A stretch of DNA of 64,000 nt from assembly GCA_965205215.1 (NCBI GenBank), contig OZ242041.1:1952001-2016000 (forward strand), in the 5' to 3' direction. The translations under genes were made by a program, and so were the position numbers. The notes beneath the pieces are model-generated. The model worked only from the letters and a program-made list of their open reading frames with translations, made no database searches and was not told where the DNA came from. Positions within the stretch are counted from its first letter, which is position 1, and the number at the start of each line of letters is the position of its first letter. Positions 28,940 to 37,700 of the stretch are shown in pieces. This DNA comes from Nitrosopumilus sp. (GTDB lineage: Archaea; Thermoproteota; Nitrososphaeria; Nitrososphaerales; Nitrosopumilaceae).

Positions 28940-29587
28940 ATGCCGCGGGCCGGCGACGGCTGCGATGCCGCAGCCGCCATACGCATGCTCTCAAGGTACT
29001 CGCGCTCCACCAAGGCCACCAAACTGGGGCTCATACAGGGGGGTGGGGCGGGGCCGGGGAAAGACGGGCGCACCGTGCACGCGCACGCGGGCCAGCGGCG
29101 GCGGCGCCGCACGCGGGTCGGCAGGGTGGGGCCGGACGACATGAGGCGCATGGCAAGATCCGGGCTGATATCGCGTCCGGAAGGCGGCCGGCCCACAGTC
29201 ACGCCGGTGGGCCGCTGGTCGGTCACGACGTCCGGGCTGGGCATATCGTTCTTTGAGATGTGCGTCCTGGCAAAGGTGTACGGGGTTGCGCGCAGCATGG
29301 CGAATGCGGGGAACCGGGGGGCGGCAGACGACGGCCCCACGCACACCGCGACAATCCCGCTCAGGACGGTCCAGTACTTTTTTGAGGACTGGCCCGTATA
29401 CCCGGGGCGCGTCCACCACGCGCTGTCCCGCCTGCGCAGCCGCGGGCTGATCCCGAGGTCGCGCCCCAAGAGGGTTACGTGCGATATCGCGCGGCTCGAC
29501 GCCATGCGCAAGGAGCTCTTGGAAATAGGCAGGTGGGTCGACGACACGGGGGAGGAGATACGCCGCGTACTCTTACATGGATACTGA
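28940..29587 (+). CDS. Hypothetical basic protein, probably winged-helix DNA-binding
   Basis: Directly abuts the previous stop. Two wHTH-like endings: MRRMARSGLISR..TVTPVGR and VHHALSRLRSRGLI. Confidence 0.55.
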   Translation: MPRAGDGCDAAAAIRMLSRYSRSTKATKLGLIQGGGAGPGKDGRTVHAHAGQRRRRRTRVGRVGPDDMRRMARSGLISRPEGGRPTVTPVGRWSVTTSGLGISFFEMCVLAKVYGVARSMANAGNRGAADDGPTHTATIPLRTVQYFFEDWPVYPGRVHHALSRLRSRGLIPRSRPKRVTCDIARLDAMRKELLEIGRWVDDTGEEIRRVLLHGY

Positions 29588-30269
29588 GCTGGTCCGGCTG
29601 CTCATGGTGCTGGGCGTGCTGGCGGCAAACTCGTATACCGACATCAGATATAGGACCATACTCGGGAGCGACCGGCATTATGCGTGTATGGGTGGCGTCG
29701 GACTTGCTCTGTTCCTGCTGGACGGCGGATGGGCGGACGCGGGCGCCCTGTTCGGGACGGCGGCGGGAGTCACGCTCGCCCTGGTGTTGTACAGGTGCAG
29801 GGCGGTGGCCTCCGGCGACTGCATAATCCTGCTGATAGTCTCGGTCACGCTGCCCACGGCGTTTGGCGTACCGTTTCTGCCCGTTCTGGCAGGTTTGTTT
29901 GGCATCACCATACTGGCGTTTGCGGTGGTGGGATACAACGTGGCGCTGAACGTGTCGCATGCGGCGGGGCTGTACCGGCACCCGGCGGCGGGACGCCGGC
30001 CCTTCTCCTCGTGCGGGGCCGCAGGCATCCCCAAAAAGGCGGCCGCGTTCTTTGCGGCGCACCACAAAAGGAGGTGGGAGAGGCACGTGGTCCGCATCGA
30101 CGACGGACGGGGCAGCCTCTCGCTGCGCGCAACATCCGTGGGCACAAGGAGGTGGGAAACGGGGGAGGGGGAGGGGCGGCCGGTGATGGTGGCGGCCCCC
30201 GTAGTGCCGTTTCTGCTGGTGTCGACGATTCTGCTGCTACTGACACTGCACCCGGTGCTTGCGGCCTAG
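29577..30269 (+). CDS. A24-family prepilin peptidase-like membrane protein (PibD/FlaK-like)
   Basis: Multi-TM protein with SYTDIRYRTI (first Asp), ASGD (GxGD-like second Asp) and C-terminal APVVPFL. Confidence 0.8.
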   Translation: MDTELVRLLMVLGVLAANSYTDIRYRTILGSDRHYACMGGVGLALFLLDGGWADAGALFGTAAGVTLALVLYRCRAVASGDCIILLIVSVTLPTAFGVPFLPVLAGLFGITILAFAVVGYNVALNVSHAAGLYRHPAAGRRPFSSCGAAGIPKKAAAFFAAHHKRRWERHVVRIDDGRGSLSLRATSVGTRRWETGEGEGRPVMVAAPVVPFLLVSTILLLLTLHPVLAA

Positions 30270-30537
30270 CCTCCCACCGCCTTCAGAAGCCAGTGGATCA
30301 GAAAAAATGTGCAAGCTGCACTTTTTTCAACAACTGTTGTTCCAGGAACATCGTCTTCCCGGAAAAAAGTGAGGTGTGGTTTTTGCAGCTTGTGAAGCCC
30401 TGTATGCGATACTGATGCGAATTCGTGATATAGGTATAAGAAACCGGGGCCCCCTCGATTGGGTGGCCATGTCACGAATTCACATCAGTACCCCGTATGC
30501 ATAATATTATTAGACTCGAGACTTACAACCATCCACA

Positions 30538-31800
30538 GTGGCTTCAAGCGCGGTTGGCGAGAGAGAAATCGATGAGCTGATCTGGGGGGATCTAGAGTCT
30601 GAAATCATGGAAGCAAAGTTCTCACTCTATGCCGCGTCTGATGCAATCAAGAGCGCAAAGGTTTACCCGGTGCAGCTGTTGGTCGGATTCCTAGACTTCA
30701 TACACTACAGATGCAAGGGATGGAAGCCAGCACTCAGCGGTAATGAAAAGGCGGAGTTTGACGCAATAGGTGGCGATTTTGATGACCGTTCATCATGGGT
30801 AAAATTTCTGGATTTTGTTGTAGGTATGGCTCTTGATGACCCATATTTTGTCAGAGAGTTTGTAGATCAAAACGGTGACAAACATGAAGTCTTCATTCTC
30901 ATGGACACTTTCTCGCTGTTTGAATGTGGCATGATTCTGAACAAGACAAGGTTGGAGGGCGAGTCAAGGTTTTCTTCTGACTACATATCAAAGGAATTCC
31001 ACGTGGATGAAAAGAAATTGCCTAACATGCTCTCGTATTTCGAATACCTCAATGATCCAGAGCGGACGCGTGCACATCCCCTCGTGTTGAGGCCGACCAA
31101 GCTGGCAAACATGCTCTACTGGCTTTGTGACGAACTGTGGGCGTTGGCAAAGTGTCCCAAGCAAGTCCTAAGGACAGAAGAATGGGAAGAAGAAACGAGC
31201 ACGTCGAGGGGGAAATTTCTGACGCTCAACGAGTTACAAAACGGAACTGACTGCAACGAAGAAAACTTCTTGGAATTGTTAAAAACGCGCTTGATAAAAA
31301 TCCCCAACGCACAACCCCTGACTTTTTACGAGTATGTTCAGAGCATACTTTGCCCCGAGGCAGCGAAAGAGTGGGAAGGCATACGGGACAGATACATTGC
31401 CGAGAGTAAAAAAGTGCTCAAATGGGCGACTCCTGGCTTGGCCGAGGAGGATCTAGACCGTGCAAAGGCTTCGCTTGGCAAGGCACGCAAGGCATTTGAA
31501 GATGAGAGGTATGTCGAATCCGTTATATTGTCACACAAAGCTATGGAAGAAGCCCTGAGTGAAATGATAAAGCAGGACATGCGGCTTGCTGAAAAGATAG
31601 ACGTTGCCACAAGAGCCCATCCAGATCTGCACAGGCACAGAGAAGGATTGCATTTCATCAAGAAAGCTAGAAACGCGTTAGTACGCGCAGGCGGGGTGGA
31701 CGAATGCGACGCGGTCGACGCAAAATTTGCACTGGATAAGATGGATCAGTTTTTGATCAGTGTTGCGGATTCACTACGCAGTCAACGACTTGATGAATAA
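30538..31800 (+). CDS. Hypothetical protein with a C-terminal HEPN-like domain
   Basis: AT-richer than flanks. LGKARKAFEDERYVESVILSHKAMEEALS...KKARNALVR...DAKFAL follows the HEPN helical pattern; RxxxxH is altered to RNALVR. Confidence 0.65.
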   Translation: MASSAVGEREIDELIWGDLESEIMEAKFSLYAASDAIKSAKVYPVQLLVGFLDFIHYRCKGWKPALSGNEKAEFDAIGGDFDDRSSWVKFLDFVVGMALDDPYFVREFVDQNGDKHEVFILMDTFSLFECGMILNKTRLEGESRFSSDYISKEFHVDEKKLPNMLSYFEYLNDPERTRAHPLVLRPTKLANMLYWLCDELWALAKCPKQVLRTEEWEEETSTSRGKFLTLNELQNGTDCNEENFLELLKTRLIKIPNAQPLTFYEYVQSILCPEAAKEWEGIRDRYIAESKKVLKWATPGLAEEDLDRAKASLGKARKAFEDERYVESVILSHKAMEEALSEMIKQDMRLAEKIDVATRAHPDLHRHREGLHFIKKARNALVRAGGVDECDAVDAKFALDKMDQFLISVADSLRSQRLDE

Positions 31801-31960
31801 ACGATGACAATCGTCCAAGGGGTTTCCACCCCTAGACCGGATGCTCAAGCATCACCGCGATAACCCCGACGGCTTTGACAAGGCATACTACCGGCGCAGT
31901 CTAGCGGAGACTATGCTCTCCATCATCAAGGAAGGGTTCAACACGGTTTTGCGAAGAGAC
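31801..31960 (+). pseudogene. Transposase C-terminal remnant (IS5/IS4-like DDE)
   Basis: FDKAYYRRSLAETMLSIIK matches the YxxRxxxE(6)K signature; no upstream catalytic domain is present. Confidence 0.6.
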
Positions 31961-32010
31961 GCTTGCCACGCGCAGGATGTGCGGCACTGGCGCGAATTCG
32001 CGATACGGAC

Positions 32011-32118
32011 ACGGCTGGCAAAGAGGCATGAAGGCGTCTATTTTGGAGATAATGAGGGCATGAGGAACCGCGTGCAAAACGACCATCTTGTGATGATCGA
32101 AACTACCTCTGTGCCCTC
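32011..32118 (-). ncRNA. Candidate structured small RNA, copy 1
   Basis: TTTATAA box (32141-32147) lies about 23 nt upstream. Outer stem GAGGGCA/UGCCCUC, inner hairpin CGAUCAUC-ACAA-GAUGGUCG, and tail GCCCUCAUUAUCUCCA shared with copy 2. 3' end uncertain. Confidence 0.55.
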
Positions 32119-32174
32119 GCACTTTTACCGATACGCCTGATTATAAACGTGCCACGACGGTTCGGTTGCTAGGT

Positions 32175-32261
32175 ACGGCTGGTGGGGGCGCCTCATGGAG
32201 ATAATGAGGGCCCGTAAGCCGTGACAGTGACCGTCTTGGTAAGCTCAAGACGATCGGGCCC
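32175..32261 (-). ncRNA. Candidate structured small RNA, copy 2
   Basis: TTTATA box (32284-32289) lies about 23 nt upstream. Outer stem GGGCCC/GGGCCC, inner hairpin GAUCGUCUUG-(7 nt)-CAAGACGGUC, and the same 16-nt tail. 3' end uncertain. Confidence 0.55.
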
Positions 32262-32439
32262 GTATGTTTTACCGGCGTCCGACTATAAATGTGTCAAGGC
32301 GAGTCAGACGCTGCACTCAAGCGTATTTACCACAGCCTCATCACCCAGAATCTCCTCTCCTTTTCCACAAGATGAACCTGCTTGACGGGCATCATTTCCT
32401 CCGCACATCCGCTTAAAAGCCGCACGCCGCATCGTACGC

Positions 32440-34287
32440 GTGGAGATCATACGCGAGCGCCTATTCGGCGAGCCACCCAGACGCGCGTACGGGCACGCGT
32501 ACTCGATAACCCCGACCAACTTCCGCATACTGCCGGAGGAGAAGCGGCGGCGCAGACTGGCAGAGTTCTTCGAGGTGCTCAGGATGCTGGAGCGCGCGGC
32601 TACCATCACCCTTGAGCGCGTGCCCATAGCCGTCGGGAAGGGAGGCCGGGCGAACGGCGCCAAGATGGACGTGCTGCGGGTCATGCTTGACGCGGCAGAG
32701 CCGCTTGACGATATACTGGAGAGGCTTGGATTCTCATACACCATCGACGAGCCCCGCGACGCGCCGTCGGTCACGGCGCAGGGGGTCCGGGACTTTGCGT
32801 GTACCATAAACGGCTCGCCCCTGTACGGGAGGGCGTACACAGTATACGGCGCCCCCGCGGTCCTGCCGCCCGCGTGGGTCCACGACGTGTTTGGCACGTT
32901 CCACAGGCTCCAGATACACGTGACGCCGATCCGCCCCGACGACGCCCTCCGCAAGATGGAGAACCGCGAGCTGCTCCACAGCGGGGTGCGCACGAACAGG
33001 GCCGACATCCAGAAAAAGCTCCGGGACATACGCGCCCTCAAGCGGGAGCTTGAGCTCGGCAACACGTCGGCGTTTGCGTTTACGGTCAACGGATTCGTGT
33101 TCGCCACATCAAGGCAAAAGCTCCGCGAGCTGCACCGCACAGTCAAGCGCAACACGTCCGCGATGAACGTCCGCGTCACGACATCGCTTGGCAGGCAGAG
33201 GCATATCGTCCTCGGCGGCGGGGCCTCGTGGCTGGGCGCCATTCACAGCATGCACGTGCTCTACCCGTTCGTGTCGTCGGACATGCTTGAGGTTCCAAAC
33301 GGGGTCACGCTCGGCAGAAATTTGGACACACAGGGACCCGTCATATACGACGTCAACCAGCGCAAGAACCACAACGTGTTCACAGCCGGGACTACAGGCT
33401 CGGGCAAGTCGTTCACAAACAAGATACTATTGAAGCGGTTTCTGGAAAAGCGCCCGGACACCATGTGCATAGTGATAGACCCGCAGGGAGAGTACGCGGA
33501 GCACGCCGAATACTTTGGGCTTGACAGGGTGGAGATAGCGCCCGGTCAGGAGTACGGACTGGACCCGTTTGCCATGCTCGGCTCCGCGGTGGAGGCGGCC
33601 GACTTGCTGGGGGCCGCCACCAACGCGCCCAACCAGACAAGAAGGGAGTGGAGGAGCGTCTGCGATACCGTGCGCTCGATAGACGGGCTGTACGAGGCAA
33701 GCTCCGAGGCCTCAAGGGGGTACCTAGCGGACCTGGTACGCGGCGGTGTCTCCCGGGTCTTCCGAGGCAGCCCCAGGTTTTCAGACAGGATGGTCGTATC
33801 ACTGAGGAGGACGGACGGACAGGAGTACGAGGGGCTACTGATCCTGCTTGTTTTGGCGTACGCGTGGAGGCGCGTAAACGAGCTGCCGGCAAGGCAGTGG
33901 AAGTTCGTCCTGCTCGACGAGGCGTGGCGCATGACCAAGATCAACCACAGCATCAGGAAGATAGGCGAGATGGCGCGGCAGGGCCGCAAGAAGTCCCTGA
34001 TATTTGCCGTATCCACGCAGCAGTTCTCCGACATGGACCGCGCGCTAGACGACGAGTCCAGGCTCACCGAGCTGTTCGACACCAAGATAATAATGCAGAT
34101 GTCGCAGTCGGCCGCGCGCGTCATGGGCGCGGCCCTGGGGCTGACCGAGTCTGAAATAGAGCGCGTCACGAACTTCCGGGCCGGGATGGGACTGCTCCAG
34201 ACAAGCGACAACGCGGTATACCTCAGGTTCGAGGCCACCGGCGACGAGGCAAAGCGGTACTTTAACACAAAGGCGGTGCAGGGGTGA
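32440..34287 (+). CDS. VirB4-like (FtsK/HerA superfamily) ATPase, 615 aa
   Basis: Walker A GTTGSGKS, VIDPQGEY, Walker B FVLLDEAW, Arg-finger region ARQGRK, STQ motif, and a VirB4-type N-terminal domain. Confidence 0.88.
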   Translation: MEIIRERLFGEPPRRAYGHAYSITPTNFRILPEEKRRRRLAEFFEVLRMLERAATITLERVPIAVGKGGRANGAKMDVLRVMLDAAEPLDDILERLGFSYTIDEPRDAPSVTAQGVRDFACTINGSPLYGRAYTVYGAPAVLPPAWVHDVFGTFHRLQIHVTPIRPDDALRKMENRELLHSGVRTNRADIQKKLRDIRALKRELELGNTSAFAFTVNGFVFATSRQKLRELHRTVKRNTSAMNVRVTTSLGRQRHIVLGGGASWLGAIHSMHVLYPFVSSDMLEVPNGVTLGRNLDTQGPVIYDVNQRKNHNVFTAGTTGSGKSFTNKILLKRFLEKRPDTMCIVIDPQGEYAEHAEYFGLDRVEIAPGQEYGLDPFAMLGSAVEAADLLGAATNAPNQTRREWRSVCDTVRSIDGLYEASSEASRGYLADLVRGGVSRVFRGSPRFSDRMVVSLRRTDGQEYEGLLILLVLAYAWRRVNELPARQWKFVLLDEAWRMTKINHSIRKIGEMARQGRKKSLIFAVSTQQFSDMDRALDDESRLTELFDTKIIMQMSQSAARVMGAALGLTESEIERVTNFRAGMGLLQTSDNAVYLRFEATGDEAKRYFNTKAVQG

Positions 34288-34706
34288 CGCAGAGGCGACA
34301 GCGACAGAGGCGGCATGCAGCATCCGGAATGATCGAGGTCCTGATCCTGATTTCGGTGGCAGTCGTGGGCGCCGGCGCCCTTGCCGCGTGGTTCTCCGGT
34401 TCGCACGACGCGATGCAGGAGACGGGATGCACCGCGTGGATGGAGGCGCACGAGATATCCGACGGCACGTACTGGGTACAGTCGACGATACGGAACACGG
34501 GCGACCACCCTATACGCGAGTACCGCGTCATGACAGGCGCCAACAGCACGCCGGCCGCGTCGTCCCATGTGGTCTGGGAGCCTGGCCAGACTGTAGTGCT
34601 GGAGTTCGTGGTGACGGACGTGGACGACGAATCCCACCTGCGGCCTGCAAGGGTGGTAGGCCTGGGGGGAGGGGGCAGCGCGCTCTGCGAGGTGGTCACG
34701 CCGTGA
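34284..34706 (+). CDS. Archaeal type IV pilin-like protein
   Basis: Basic leader RRQRQRRHA followed by hydrophobic ASGMIEVLILISVAVVGAG (class III signal peptide-like), then a beta domain with IRNTG. GTGA overlap with the ATPase. Confidence 0.7.
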   Translation: MTQRRQRQRRHAASGMIEVLILISVAVVGAGALAAWFSGSHDAMQETGCTAWMEAHEISDGTYWVQSTIRNTGDHPIREYRVMTGANSTPAASSHVVWEPGQTVVLEFVVTDVDDESHLRPARVVGLGGGGSALCEVVTP

Positions 34707-35101
34707 ACCAGATCATACAGTATGTCCTGATATTCGGCGTGGTCGGCGTCTTTTTTGCGGCGCTGTACCAGGGCGCAACGGATGACGTGGGAGGCAGGAT
34801 CGCGTCGTACGACGACAGGCTCGACCTGTACAAGGCGCAGGCCGCAGAGCACCTCAGGCTGGTGGAGATAACGGATACCGAGCCGGCCACGGCAGACCTG
34901 ATAAACACCGGCGCAAAGGACATCAGGATAAGGCACCTGTACGTGGACGGCGTCAGGGACGACTCGTATACGGCCAGGGACAGGGACGGGCCGGTCGGCG
35001 AGCTGCGCGTGGGCAGCCTAGTTCGCATCGTCTCGGCCCTTGACGGAGGCACGGTCTCAATCGTCACCGACAGCGGCAGGGTCTTTAGGTTCGGCCAGTG
35101 A
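34703..35101 (+). CDS. Pilin-like membrane-anchored protein, 132 aa
   Basis: GTG 34703 overlaps the previous stop. MNQIIQYVLIFG TM helix, then EHLRLV...LINTGAKDIRIRHLYVDG...IVTDSGRVF. Confidence 0.75.
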   Translation: MNQIIQYVLIFGVVGVFFAALYQGATDDVGGRIASYDDRLDLYKAQAAEHLRLVEITDTEPATADLINTGAKDIRIRHLYVDGVRDDSYTARDRDGPVGELRVGSLVRIVSALDGGTVSIVTDSGRVFRFGQ

Positions 35102-35371
35102 TAACGACACGGCAGACATGATCTCGCCGAACATGGAGGCGCAGTTCTTGGAGGTCACGGAAACCTGCACCAGCGAGTCCGCGTCGCCGCCGTGAAAAAA
35201 ATTGAGCAGAATGGTGTCGTGCGACACATGCTCTGCAAATACCAGATCGCGGAGAGGCACCGCAAAGTGGCTTGTCGAGCCTCCGTCGCCGGTGCAGAGT
35301 ATGGTTCCGTCCGCGGCGATCTCCAGCTCGGCTTTTGTCTTTCCGTATATCCTGACGCGGTAGATACCCAT
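35057..35371 (-). CDS. Small hypothetical protein, 104 aa, possibly PH-like fold
   Basis: ATG 35371 lies 5 bp after the upstream stop. Beta-rich with a C-terminal helix; overlaps the convergent gene by 45 bp. Confidence 0.55.
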   Translation of the reverse strand: MGIYRVRIYGKTKAELEIAADGTILCTGDGGSTSHFAVPLRDLVFAEHVSHDTILLNFFHGGDADSLVQVSVTSKNCASMFGEIMSAVSLSLAEPKDPAAVGDD

Positions 35372-35376
35372 GCCGA

Positions 35377-36114
35377 TTATCCCCTGTTGCCGGCCCCGCC
35401 GCTGGCGCCGACACGGCTCACAAACTGCAGCGTCCTGCGCAACAGGACCGCGCCGCCCGCATGCTCCCGTATGGTAAGAACCCGGGGGCCCTCGCGTTCG
35501 GGCCTGACGTGCATCACCAGCGCGCCCTCCGCGGACGTCCGCAGCGCGTCGATCAGCTCGTCGTCCAGGTAGCACCGGACGAGCCTGTTGCCCAGCATGG
35601 CGCCGTCTCCGCCGTGTATGGTGACGCGTACGGACTTTAGCTCGTCCAGATCGGCGCACGTAATCTCCCGGACGCGCTCAACCTTTTTCGCAGTGTCAAC
35701 GTCAAGCCGGCGCGGGAACCCGAGCACCTTGGACTTCCCGCCTGCCCCTGCTCTGCGCCGCTTTTTGCGCATATCCTGCATCCAGCCGCCGCTGCCCACC
35801 CTTGCCCGGAGACGGGCCGCGAGCAGCGACAGCACGGCGAGCAGCACGACGTCTGCCGTCCCGTACGGCGTCTTTATGATTCCCAGCGCCGCGCCCACGC
35901 CCAGCGGCAGGAGAGCCGTACAGACCGACGCCCAGTCCCGCGTTATTTCCACGTTGTCAGGCACCACCGCCCAGTAGAGCGCGGCGGACACCAGTCCAAA
36001 GATGCCCAGCACCGTCAGATTGCGCAGCGACATGAACCCGAACGGGGTGGTCAGCGCGGGCTCCTCCCAGCCCGAATAGTCTCGGAAAATCAGCACTTCG
36101 GAAGGCTCTGCCAA
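35377..36114 (-). CDS. PrgI/VirB3-like membrane protein
   Basis: DYSGWEEPALTTPFGFMSLRNLTVLG followed by 2-3 TM helices resembles the PrgI pattern (E..i..GlTlRql). TTG start at 36114 assumed. Confidence 0.6.
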   Translation of the reverse strand: MAEPSEVLIFRDYSGWEEPALTTPFGFMSLRNLTVLGIFGLVSAALYWAVVPDNVEITRDWASVCTALLPLGVGAALGIIKTPYGTADVVLLAVLSLLAARLRARVGSGGWMQDMRKKRRRAGAGGKSKVLGFPRRLDVDTAKKVERVREITCADLDELKSVRVTIHGGDGAMLGNRLVRCYLDDELIDALRTSAEGALVMHVRPEREGPRVLTIREHAGGAVLLRRTLQFVSRVGASGGAGNRG

Positions 36115-36424
36115 CTTATGCACCCCACGCTTCCTTGCGGCACGCGGTCCCGAACAGATACTCCGCACGATGACACCTAGGAGAACTTACCGCCCCCGCC
36201 TCAAGACACATACAAGTCACCACATACAATCGTGCATTTTGTTTTAAGCCAGTTTTTCTTGGCGTCCACCCTTGCATACTGCACGAAAGTATCAGCCGGC
36301 CCAACAGCGTCGCCAAACGATCCAGTAGCGGCTTCGGCCCGGATCAGACGTCATTTATCTCTACGCGAGCAGGATCCGATACGACGTAATGACGTGACCG
36401 TCAGGAAATTCGCGTAAAAGACGT

Positions 36425-37549
36425 TCATGTGTCAATATAACTTCCATCCTCATCAAATAATGGGCATGCGACTCCGCCATAGTGGTTGAACATCTCGTTC
36501 ATAATGGAGGATGCAACTTGTTCGTACTTTGTTTCAAGAAAACGCACCGGATGTTCCCTCTCAATCATTATATTGTCCAAACGTTCTACTTCATATTGTA
36601 TGCTCCTCCCATCTGTAGTAGGAATTGCGCTTTTAGATGAAGATGTCAATACTGCAATTATTTTCACATCTCCAAAATAATTATAATGTGACAGTATTTT
36701 ATTGGCAAACTGTAGCATCTGCATTGTTTTTTGTGCTAGAGCCACGTACGGAAGAAGAATTATATCATTACTTTGAGAACTATAGTGACATATGTATTGA
36801 ACACATCCGTTTCTATGAATTTGTAATTTGTCAGCCTCATGATATGCGGAGATTAATCCGTGAGAAAACGGTTTCAATGCACTGTTTGGTAGACTACGAC
36901 TTCTAAAATCCTTGTCAATCCTGATGGATTCCAACATTTTAATTTGGTCATAGTCTGACGCATCAACAAGTCGATGTCTTATATTTAACGGAATGACTAT
37001 GATGCTTGCAGTTACCTCACCCTTTTTAGAACCCGGTAATATGTCCTGAATGTAATTGCCGAGTTGGTCGTAATGAGAAAAGCGGCTTCTGTAACAATCC
37101 GCGACATCCATTTCGCTCATTTCCACAGATCCGTACTGGGACCGTCTGTAGAATTTTTTGGTCATATTACTCTGATGAGGCTTTAGGTGACTGTCTGGAA
37201 CACGTACGAGCAGGACGCCTTTCTTACTGTCTGGAATTGGTATGAGTTTTGTCTTTACGTCCAGTCTGGGGACGACGTTGGATAAGACAATCTGCTCAAG
37301 CCGTTCTTTGTTCAATTCTTCCATGTCCAGTCCAGGTATATCTGTTGGGTGTCCACCCTTTCCGGACTCCTTGACGCCGAAAACGATATGCCCGCCGCGC
37401 ACGTTGGCGAATGCGCACACGTGTTTGACCAGATCCACATCGCGTATCATCATCTCCTTATAGTCCAAAATTTCGCTTTCGTCAATCTGATCTGTTAAAA
37501 GAGCATGAATGTCTGCATATGTGATTTCGGACATATCCTTCCATATCAT
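36425..37549 (-). CDS. AlbA_2 (Schlafen-like) domain protein
   Basis: ESEILDYKE, KHVCAFANVRGGHIVFGVKE, PDSHLKPH and FYRR motifs; markedly AT-rich. Confidence 0.88.
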   Translation of the reverse strand: MIWKDMSEITYADIHALLTDQIDESEILDYKEMMIRDVDLVKHVCAFANVRGGHIVFGVKESGKGGHPTDIPGLDMEELNKERLEQIVLSNVVPRLDVKTKLIPIPDSKKGVLLVRVPDSHLKPHQSNMTKKFYRRSQYGSVEMSEMDVADCYRSRFSHYDQLGNYIQDILPGSKKGEVTASIIVIPLNIRHRLVDASDYDQIKMLESIRIDKDFRSRSLPNSALKPFSHGLISAYHEADKLQIHRNGCVQYICHYSSQSNDIILLPYVALAQKTMQMLQFANKILSHYNYFGDVKIIAVLTSSSKSAIPTTDGRSIQYEVERLDNIMIEREHPVRFLETKYEQVASSIMNEMFNHYGGVACPLFDEDGSYIDT

Positions 37550-37700
37550 GTAACAAGACTTGCGATTGTGGTATTTTAATGCCCTTTTCGCGCTTCGGAT
37601 AACTTCCCAAGCCCTTCAACTCTGGCCATGCTAAATTCACTCCTAAAGATAGACACGGCCTGATGATTTTGCGCCTAACGTAGCATGACCCTCACTAATG

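Noticed and set aside
34388-34702. N-terminal extension of ORF 34388-35101
   Set aside because: Overlaps the pilin gene; GTG 34703 gives a coupled start at the TM helix.
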